A stretch of 48,358 bases of DNA, filler included, from Streblomastix strix (lineage: Eukaryota), in NCBI GenBank assembly GCA_008636045.1. It is 2 parts of 2 records of this genome, joined end to end, with 100 filler letters (N's around TTAATTAATTAA, not from the genome) between each part and the next. Parts side by side here need not be neighbours in the genome. Positions count along the whole stretch, not along the records: positions 24,234 to 48,358 come from SNRW01000248.1; 1 more part is not named here. The stretch is one strand, 5' to 3'. The notes under the pieces are model-generated. The model had not been told where the DNA came from and made no database searches. It saw only the letters and a list, made by a program, of their open reading frames with translations. Positions 25,944-36,300 of the stretch are shown here, one piece after another. How positions within the stretch are numbered: position 1 is the first letter of the stretch; each line of letters opens with the position of its first letter. Both the position numbers and the translations under genes were made by a program.

Positions 25944-28026
25944 TAGTTTCTCCTTTTGTGTAAGAATCAATCAATTATGTTTTATCCGCCTTCAATAACA
26001 GCAGAGCATCATCTTCTCCTTTAGTGAATGAATCGATTAGTTATATCTTATCAGCTTTCAACAATAGCAAAGCATCAACCTCTCCTTTAGTATATGAAAC
26101 TCCTGAATCAGCTTTATTATTCAGCAGATTATTAGTTTCGCCTTTAGTGTAAGCATCAATCAATTATGTTTTGTCTGCTTTCAATAATAGCAAAGCGTCA
26201 TCTTCTCCTTTTGTGTATGAAACTCCTGAATTTGCTTTATTATTCAATAAATTATTTGTTTCGCCTTTAGTGTATGCATCGATTTAATCGCTTACGTTTA
26301 ATTTGTCGTCGAGTAGGGCATAGACTTCTATTTTATTGTATTCATCGATTATTTATGTTTTGTCAGCCTTCAACAACAGCAGAGCATCATCTTATGTCTT
26401 AGTTTATGCATCAATTTAATCGCTAACGTTTAATTTTAGATTAAATTTTTAATCTGTTTCAGTTTATGAATATGTTTATGATTTATTATAATAATTTGAA
26501 AAATCAGCACTTGCATTTATGTCCTATATTGACTTAACACCACCACCTGCACAAACAACAGAATTATTATCGTAATTTTATACAGATATTCCGACTGATT
26601 GGATAGTAGTATAAAACGTCTTTTAACCTGTAATAGTTTCATCATAGTTAGTTGTAATAAATGAACAATTTTTAGCTGGTATTAATGTATTTCTTTCAAA
26701 TGATAAATCTGTTATTGCATTGCCTCCTCCTATAGCAGCTCCATGAATTGTCATGACGTTTTTCATATCTGGCAGTTCTGTTTCTAGTGCTCGAAGACTA
26801 GAGCCATCCCACCAATAATCCATGACTTAATTATCAACTATATATAAATTATCACCAATCGCTAATTTTGCTACGTTTTCCTAATCTTCCATCCAAGTAT
26901 TCATCTCATCCGTTGTTGCAAAGATATATCCTTTTGATTTGCCAGATGCAATATCTCGAACTTCTTATAGTTATGGCTATGATACTAATGAACTTACTAG
27001 CATATCACCTCCACCAGCAAGAAGAATAGAAGCATCATTTTTATTTTATTTCGATATGCTTGAAACACTTATTATTCCGAATTATTTTTGACCTGTTATC
27101 GTCTGAGTAGAAGCTAAATCAACATAATCCGCTAATTCTGCTTTATCAGCCTTCAACAATAGCAACGCATCATCTTCCTATTTACTATAAGCATCGATTT
27201 AGTCAGTTATATTTAATTTGTCGTCGAGTAGGGCATCGATTTCAGATTTATTGTAAGCATCAATTTAGTCAGATATATTTAATTTTTCATCAAGTAAGGC
27301 ATCAGCTTCAGACTTATTATATGCAACAATTTAGTCAGAAATATTTAATTTTAATGCTAGCAATTCATCATCTTCTGTCTTCGAATACGCATCAATTTAA
27401 TCGGATATATTTAATTTTTCATCGAGTAGGGCATCGGCTTCAGTTTTATTGTAAGCATCGATTTAGTCAGAAATATTTAATTTTAATGCAAGCAATTCAT
27501 CATCTTCTTATTTGGTATATGCATCGATTTAATCGGAAATATTTAATTTGTCGTCGAGTAGGGCATCGGCTTCAGTTTTATTGTAAGCATCAATTTAGTC
27601 AGATATATTTAATTTGTCATCGAGTAGGGCATCGGCTTCAATTTTATTGTAAGCATCAATTTAGTCAGAAATATTTAATTTTAATGCAATCAATTCATCA
27701 TCTTCTGTCTTCGTGTAAGCATCAATGAGTTCTGATTTATCAGCCTTCAACAACAGCAGAGCATCATCTTCTTATTTGGTGTAAGCATCAATTAATCGCT
27801 TATGTTTAATTTTTTATCTAACATTTCATCAATTTCTTCACGATTATATGGTTCTGGTGCTTCATTAATTATATTTATTAAATTTTCAATATTTTTTACT
27901 TCGATAATTAAGCCATTGGTGTTATACTTACTTGAACCATAAAGTTCCTAATCATGATTTAAAACAACATCAAGCATATGTAAATCTCCGTCCATTTTAT
28001 AAAAATAAAAATAATTTATTGTGTCT

Positions 28027-28584
28027 TCAAATTTTATTTAACACTATCATTAATCCTTTAGATACCGCACTAATAATTTTGCTTGTTATTTCTCCTAAAT
28101 CTAAAATACTTGTTATTTTTCTTATTTTTTATAAACAAATTTTTTAGCTATCCCTCAATAAATTTACTTTTTCGACATTCAACTTTAATATATTTACGTT
28201 CCCAATTAATATCTCATTTAATGTTTAAGTTGAGTCGTTGCAGAATCTACCACAACATCCTTCATCCTATAAACTTAATTAAATTTAACTTTCTAGGACA
28301 TCAAAAGTGTAAGCAACAACCTGAATCAATTAATTTTCAGATAGTACGAAATGCGCTGATTCTTTAACCATATGCTCGTCTTCACTAATGATATCCAACA
28401 GCCAACGACACACTGATGGGTCAGGAGTTAAAGTTTCTTCAAAAATTGAACTTCTGCGCCTTGCTGAAAGGGTTGGAGTTTCACATCTGATAACCTACGC
28501 CTGAAATGGTTGCTAAAATGGATCAATTTCTTTTTCAAATTATGGCTCTACTTCTGGAATAGTTGGACTCTTCATTTTATTCAT
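28027..28584 (-). CDS. Hypothetical 185-aa protein of the virus-like element
   Basis: Open, intronless in code 6: MNKMKSPTIPEVEPQF...CRWLLDIISEDEHMVKESAHFVLSENQLIQVVAYTF...QDEGCCGRFCND...NKI*. Co-oriented with, and ending 31 nt before, the fibre gene. Confidence 0.75.
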
Positions 28585-28975
28585 GTTAAAAATAATTAAT
28601 TATTTGCGTAAAATAAAATCAAAAATTGAGCCTCATCAACTGTTTCAGATTGAGCTAAAAAGGTCATATTCGGAATCAGCTCATATGAATTGTGTTTATA
28701 GATGAATATCAAATGATTTTAAAATTTCATGAAAATAAAGTTATTTTTTTATTTTTTATTTTTTTAATTTTTATATATAATGACTGTAAAATTTTAAGTC
28801 AAAAAATAAGCCAAAAAATTAATGTTTCCATATTGCCTTGGGAATGATGTTTATATACAATGTTGATATGTAGAATCCAAAAATGAAATTTAAATCGAAA
28901 TCTCGAACGGTTGATGAATCCGAATTTTGCAACTTAAAAGTTCATGATTTTGGCACTGATAATTGGAATAGGTAA

Positions 28976-29066
28976 TGAATAACTTTTAGCTGCACCGAGT
29001 GCATCGAGTGCATCGATTAAAATTGGTTCTATGAAAAATGCCAGTCGATCCGCCAAATAGTCGAAA
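28976..29066 (+). repeat. Left inverted repeat flanking the primase-helicase gene
   Basis: tgaataacttttagctgcaccgagtgcatcgagtgcatcga...ccagtcgatccgccaaatagtcgaaa; reverse complement of 31653-31743 with 3 mismatches in 91 nt. Confidence 0.95.
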
Positions 29067-29154
29067 TAAAAAATTGAAAAAGTAAATAATTAGATTTATT
29101 TTAAAAATAAACGAGTTTGCTTTTTTTTAATTTCAACTTTTTAACAGGTAATAA

Positions 29155-31623
29155 ATGGCATCTTCAAAAGTCGAGTCAGTCAAAAATCAAACAAATGCAA
29201 TAAACAATGTGATATATCCAACTGAAATAACTGATGATATGACCGATGAATAATAGAAAAAAAGATAAATAAATAGAATAATATTAGCTATTCAATCAAA
29301 TATTTCAGAAAATAATTCGAAATGTAATAATTTATCAATTGGTGAGCGTATCAAAGATGCAATTACTCCATTATATAACTATAAGAAACATACAGATGGA
29401 AAAAAAGGAACAAAAACAGGTTAGGCTGTTGATATAGGCAAGTGTGATGACAAATTATGCGTAATGGATTTTGATATAAAGAAAGATTTGACGGATGAAA
29501 AAATAACAGAAATAAGAAATAAAATTATTGAAAAATTACCTTCTAATGTTGGATTCGTTAAGACTGCACATGGAGGATTATATGTATATTTAGATAGAGA
29601 TGGATACCCGCTAAAAAATAATTCATAAATTAAAATCATTCATACTGAGAACTTTGATGTTGATATATTTGCTCATATTGATGAAAATTAAAGAGATGTA
29701 GTTCTTCCAAACTCAACAAATAGAGAGGAGAAAAATAAGAAAAAAATAAATTTAAAATATTATGATTTAAACAATATGATGGAAAAAAATAATTTAGCAA
29801 AATTAGACGATATATTAGATATCTATGGAGTAGATTTACGAGCATAATTTGATGAGGAGAAGCCAATAATTAATAATGACAGCTCAATAAGAAAAATGAA
29901 TAAAGAATTTGCTGATTTATTAGTTGATGGAATTTAACATTTATAGATACATAATGATGCTTAGAAAGTCGAACGAGAAATAACATTATTATGTTTATTT
30001 ACAGGACTAAATGGCCTTGCATTTGTTGAAGGATTGCAAGATGAGGAAATTAAATAATATATTGAAGATGCATACAATAAAGTTTAGGCATTGAATAATT
30101 TAACCGAAATTGCGATTCAAAATTGGGAGCTCAAAAGGTCAAGATTCTATTCAAAAGCAAATCCATGGGTGCTATAAAAGATAATCAAATATCACAATCC
30201 ATAGTATTACATCGATGTTATAAAACTTTATTTAAAATCAATGTTAAAAGAGGAAAAAAAATAAATTAATATATTAGAAATTGACTTAAGAGATAATTTT
30301 ACACTCATAGATATATAAGAAAAAATATTTAATTGTGAATATAAAATGTAAAAATATGATTAAATTGATTAAGATTTAACACGAATTTTAAGATATTCAC
30401 CTAGTCATGGCAGATTAGTATTTATCATCAAATAATACGATGCAATAAGTAAAAAAATATTTGAATATATGACTAAAACAGCGGCTTTTGACCAATTATA
30501 AATAATAAAAATATGTGATGACGGATAAAAGAAAATAACATTAAAATATGCATTTGAACAATATAACTCTCTATTTGCTTTGAAAGGAATTAGATTTATT
30601 AGTGATGAACCGAAAATTTTCAGTATATTTTAAGGCTATAAATATTAATAATTGCCTACTGTTGATGAAGACCTCGTTAAAGATTATTTAAATTTGATAT
30701 ATGAAACGATAGCAGCAAGTGATGAAAATTTATGTAATTATATTCTAAATTGGATTGCATTTGCTATATAAAATGCTGGTGTTAAATCAGAGGTGGCATT
30801 GATATTGTAAGGCAGTCAAGGTATAGGCAAAAATAGATTCATAGATGTTTTATGTGAATTATTGGCTGGATATTCAATTAAAAATATTACAGATATTGGC
30901 GAATTTACAGGACAATTTAATTCTGTCGTCGAAAATATAATCCTTGGAATATCTAATGAACTTAAAAATTTTGTAGAAGCAAGATATTCAAACATGGATG
31001 CGTTGAAGTCGATTATAACTGATGACTCAATAAGAATAAATGAAAAAAATTAGCCGCGGAGAACGTCGGAGAATGTAATGAATTTGATAATGGTAACCAA
31101 TAACGATTTCCCTATCAAAATTGAAGCTAATGATAGGCGTTATGTTGAATGCAGATGTAAGGCAGTTCATAGATACGACGTTGAATACTTCACATCTTTA
31201 TCTAACGGTTTCACTAATGATTTTTACAATAATTTATTTACTAATTTTATGGCCAGAGATATAAGCAATTGGAATCATAGAATCATTCCATTCACAGAAG
31301 CGAAAAAGGATATAATTAGAGCATCACGTTCATAACTCGACGATGCAATCTTATAAAATTATCAAGCGTTTAAAGAAGGCGTGCCTTGCACTAAAGCACT
31401 ATAATTTAAACCATTCAATGTTAAAGAAAAATCATTTTAATTATAACTCAAAAATAAATGTCAAAGAATATAAAAAACAATTTTAGGAAAACGAACATGG
31501 ATATATAAATTGAACGAAGATTTAATAAAATTTTATGACAGACTCAGAGAAGAAGACCAAAACATCAATGAAGACATCAACGATGTTGTTAATGACTCAA
31601 TCAACGAACAAATCAACGTTTGA
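29155..31623 (+). CDS. AEP (Prim-Pol-like) primase fused to SF3 (D5/NrS-1-like) helicase, 822 aa, intronless
   Basis: No in-frame TGA found. AEP motifs CVMDFD, VKTAHGGLYVY, FDVDIF...VVLPNS. Helicase: YILNWIAF, Walker A GSQGIGKN, FTGQFNS, Walker B ILGISNE, LKSIITDDSIRINEK, motif C LIMVTNN, DRRY arginine finger. Confidence 0.93.
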
Positions 31624-31652
31624 ACCTTATTTATTTTTAATTATTTTTCACG

Positions 31653-31743
31653 TTTCGACTATTTGGCGGATCGACTGGCATTTTTCATAGAACCTATTTT
31701 ACTCGATGCACTCGATGCACTCGGTGCAGCTAAAAGTCATTCA
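31653..31743 (-). repeat. Right inverted repeat flanking the primase-helicase gene
   Basis: tttcgactatttggcggatcgactggc...actcgatgcactcgatgcactcggtgcagctaaaagtcattca, beginning 30 nt after the stop codon. Confidence 0.95.
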
Positions 31744-33390
31744 CTAACCACACCATTTACGTGTGCCAATTCAATGCTTTTCATTATCGTTTTCATTTAA
31801 CCAAACCATCAACTGCGCAAGTAGTTATGTGAAAAATGAGAGAGCCATACATTACAAGAATATCAAACAATAATGTTCATCATTAATTTATTTCAATTTC
31901 CATATCCAATCATGATTTATTATAATTTAACATCATTAATCTTATACAAGTGTTCATTTTCTTCTACATTATTTTCAATCCATTATTTATTTTCATTATT
32001 TATTATTATTATTTATTATTATTATTTATTTAACATTATTTTATTTTATTTTTCAATGTGGGGCACTCTCCTTTTTCACGTAACTACTATCATATTATTC
32101 AAATTAATTTTATTAAATTATTTTTATTTGAATAATACATTATTATTTGGATTTTTTTATTTCTATTTTATTTTTAACAAATATAAGATGTAGTTTAAGA
32201 TGATGATATTAATTGAGAGAGTATTTATTTCATATTTAATTATTTTTATTAACTTAACAATAATAACGTTAATAAATTAATATAAAATTTACAAAATAAA
32301 AATATAGATTATAAATGAAATTTATAAGAGAATAATTAACATGTATTTAACCAGTGTTCGTTCTAGCTTTTGGACTTATTGCATTTTACAACATGTCAAA
32401 AAATAATTAATTAGAAGATTCATCAAGTCATTTTGAAAATTGAAGGAAAAGATATATATTAAGATTAAAAATTTCTTCTATGTCCTTCAGACCTCGCAGA
32501 AAAATATTATCTATTAATTATAATAATAAAATTTTTCGATTGGCTCTTCATGTATCGCATTATTTTATAATTTACAAATTAACTTTTTATTATTATTAAC
32601 TGATAATTTATCAAGTTAAAGTTCAATGCATTAAGCAACTAGAAGCAAAAGGGAACACTATTTATAACATAAAAATTAAGTTATGACTGGCTGTCTTAGT
32701 TTTGAATATTTCGTATAACTTTTAACTTTTTCATTAATTAACCTGGAAAACTGATTTTTTTTATAACAAATACTTGAAAATAGTAGTTTATTTAGTAATA
32801 AAAGCATATGTTTTAATAAAACATATAAATATATCAAAATTATATAAATTTTAAGGAATTAACTATTTATCACCAAGAAATTAACTTTTTAATTAAATTA
32901 ATAATAATTTTTATTATTTAAAAATTCAAAAATAACATTTAATTATATATAAAAATTTATAAATATATAATATTTATATTATTCAAGTTTTAAAACCTTG
33001 AAAAGAGTCTGCTACGTTTGTTCAGATGATAATAGCTCCATAGTACGGCCGAACGATTTTTTAATGCGTGAATTATCCAACGTTATATTGTCAATATTTA
33101 TATATTTATTTATATTTAGATATACTATAGTAATATTTCCAAATTCAATGAATTGGCTTGAATTTATTGCTATTTTATTTATTAGTAAAATAAAATTCAT
33201 TGTTTTGATAAAACTAATGAATATCCTAAATAAGTTTTCTTAAATATATATCAATAAACTATGTTTAAATTTAATAATATTATTAAAACATAATCCATTA
33301 TTCGCAATAGCTACTTAATGACTAAACAATTTTTTTAGCTAGAATAAACTCCGAATACTTGATATTTATATAACTTAATATTTTTATTAG

Positions 33391-36300
33391 ATGCCCGAGG
33401 ATAAAACAAAAAGCTCTAAGAGTAAATCATCGGACAAAAGCTCAAAAGCTGCTCCTGCACCGCCGCCGAGCAAGAAAGTTGAAGAAAAACCGAAGATTGA
33501 AGATTTAGAAAGTTCAGATTCAAGTTCATCGTTTGTTTCATCTCAACCAGAAGCCGAAGAACAGAGCGAATCTTCAGAGCTTGGAATCAGCTCTGATGAA
33601 TTTCTTACTGAAGTGTCAGCAGGCGAATTGGAATTGCTACCAAAAGAAAAAGTTGATCAAGTTGCACTACCCCGAGTATTGGATGGATAGGATGGTTTGG
33701 GGAAGAAGAGAAAGTTACGCATTGGCGATGAGCTCAGAATTAGACGTGAATTCAGTGGTCTTCTTTTGGCCAAATTCTTCAGAAACCAAAGAAGATTAAT
33801 TGAAGACTCGATCCCTGGAACAAGATGGTCAAGCGTATTTCCATCTTCATTCCCACTGATACCAGTAACATTCAAAAAATTAACTGGGAGATAATCTTCA
33901 TTGAAGGATAAATGCCCTTGCTGCAGATGCACTCCTTGTGTTAAGGAACAGTTGGACAATGCAACATTAATAGTAGAATATATGATATCTAAAACAAGAA
34001 GAAGAAGAATGGATCCTCAGAAATTAGAGGAATAAATAGGAAAGTTTGTATAAGAATAGAAAGCCAGTAAGGATCCATAGATGCAGAAGTAGCAGGTTAT
34101 TCAGAGAATATAACCAACCCAATCTAAAGTATAGAGACAGATTGAAGTTAAATATAAAGATTAAAGAGAGATAAGGAAGTCATGGAGGCAGAGATTTGTA
34201 GAGACTGGAGGTCTTAGTGCATTAATATCAATACTACTACATGCTCCTCTTACATCAGCTACTCCTCAACTAAGTGTTCCAATATCTGTTCAGAATATTA
34301 ATCCCAGTGTTTCATTATCAGGATCAAGGTCATCTAATGTCACAACTGAAGATCCTTAGTATAAATAGAGTGAATATCATAAAGGAAGATAATTACCCAT
34401 TGAAGAGACACTTCAACAACACAATCCATATCTCCCACTTCCAATAACTATTGCACTTAGACTTGTTAGAATTATATCTGAATTCATCACAAACACACGA
34501 GTAACCATTGATGAATAACCTCGTATTCTCAAGAATGTTGCATAGTATGCATTTGAGAGAGTTCCAATCCTTGTGAAATGTAAAGGAATATTGAAACCAC
34601 CTCAAGCAGTTGCATCCCTTCTTGGAATGAAGTTTGTATAAGTTGCACTTCTTGTTGGAGATGGAATTGGATTAGAACTTCCAATGGTTACTGAACTTCC
34701 TCAATTCATATAATTATAGCGTCTTAGTAATGAAAAGGGATCAATAAATAAGAATGGATTATTTGAAACAGAAAGTGAGAGTGCTAGTAGTACTCCAGAA
34801 GATGGATATGAAGAGGATACAAGTAGAAGTAGTGAAGAAGATCATAAATTATAAAAAGAACCAGAAAGACTGAAATAATAAGATGGAAGCAGAAGAAGAG
34901 ATGAAGGAAGGAGATCTCCAACATAGAAAAGGTCTCTTTCATAATAATAGTAAGTAACTAAAGGGTAATAAATGAAATGGGGAGTCCCTGCTTCTTAAAT
35001 ACAAGCACCTTCTTCTCCTTTCTCTTCTGGTTAATCAGGGTAAGGGAGTATATCTTTCTTATAATAATAGAATGCAGATGGAAAAAACTCTTTTGAAACT
35101 GAAGAGTTTGTTTGTGTGTCTCATTATTGGAGTTAATGGACTTTTAGATTATAGAGCACTGAGAAACGGACTTAATCTCTTATTGCTTCATTGCTTACAA
35201 GTAATGATAAGAAGTTCAATGTGTATCTTATGGGAACTGTCAGTAGTTTTGCAACATATGCTGTATAAAAGATGGTTAAGTATGTGAGATCTATAGCTCC
35301 ATTCTCATCAGCACTTTCATTAGCAGCTACTTCAGGACTTGGAGATTCATAAGATAGTAAGCCTCGTGCTATAAGTCCAAGTGGAAAAAGGTAATCACCA
35401 TCTTTTAGAAGGAGTTCCCCATCAAATAAGCAGATTTCATAATAACTGTCCCCATCTTTGAGCCTTTTAGTAAAATCTCCCAATGATAAAGAATCAATAA
35501 GATAATTAGGATCTGGATTATTATAAGTGAAGAGAAGTGCATTAGCAGTACAATTAATGAAACAAAGTGGAATACCTTCCTTCACACCAGCTACCCTAGG
35601 TAATGTACCTGATGCTATAATACTCCTTAGAGAAAGAGCAAAAGAAGGAGGTGATAGCAGATCAGAGTGGAATGTACCTGTCTATGATAATACTCCAATG
35701 ACAAAGGTTATTGATGATAAAGCAAATAAATAATTATAAGGAGATGATAAGAATGAACTTACTGCTAAAGACTAAGCTATTCTTGATGCTTCATTCTAAA
35801 ACAAAACTGTAGTTACAGGAAGACTTTGCTTGGCAACTCGTAACTTGGCCATTAGAGCATTATGTGCTCTGTGTGATGGTTACAATGAAGTACTTGCAAA
35901 GTAATTTGTGGTCTCTCCATCTTTTGAACCATATCTTCTTCTCCTTTGCATTGGAATGTCAACAACAAGAGCTGATGCAAGTGCTGTTGCACATCGTCTG
36001 ATGAAATAACTTATTACATCTGTGAATAGAGCGTCTGGTATTCTATAATCTACAAATATCAGTCTATAATATCCATATGCACATTCATCATTAAGTATTA
36101 GATTGGATTCTAAGACTGGTGCATCCATTGTTAGTTCATCTAGCTAGTAACCTATTGGAGTTGATACATTAGACGATACTAATTAGAATGACATTTAAGA
36201 TTCTATTCAAAGAAGGAAGTAGAAATTAAAACAGAAGGAAAGAGGTGCTTGGATGTAGATGGATTATTCTGATGTTGTATATAGTGTTACTACATCAGCA

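Larger units (their letters stand above)
24234..27995 (-). pseudogene. Phage tail-fibre-like repeat protein, disrupted (1-nt deletion near 27793; MITE insertion 24845-25943); runs into the gap
   Basis: ATG at 27995. Arrays of KLNISDQIDAYNKTEADALLDD, YTKGEDDALLLLKADKTQLIDS and YTKGETNNLLNNKANSGVS. Fibre-like motifs TQTITGQKQF, DETITGQKTF, SQTITANKTF...SSFVKSG, ILLAGGG, DYWWDG. Removing the MITE plus one TA restores GETNDLLN in frame. Confidence 0.8.
24234..31775. mobile_element. Fragment of an endogenous DNA-virus-like element (Polinton-like/PLV-type by gene content), left end truncated by the gap
   Basis: Intronless compact ORFs: tail-fibre-like repeat protein, small unknown ORF and AEP primase-SF3 helicase, all in host code 6. 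No capsid, integrase or pPolB gene lies in the window, so the class is inferred. The right boundary is approximate. Confidence 0.7.

Noticed and set aside
24400..27800. CRISPR-like array
   Set aside because: Units are 57/66-nt in-frame coding repeats without unique spacers, in a eukaryotic context with no cas genes.
30630..30644. ttaaggctataaat, matching the outer MITE terminus, inside the helicase gene
   Set aside because: Short AT-rich match in an intact frame (FQGYKY) with no partner TIR; chance.
31860..33380. AT-rich stretch with short hydrophobic ORFs and a GC-richer patch near 33000-33085
   Set aside because: No recognisable protein or RNA motif and no element terminus; treated as intergenic.
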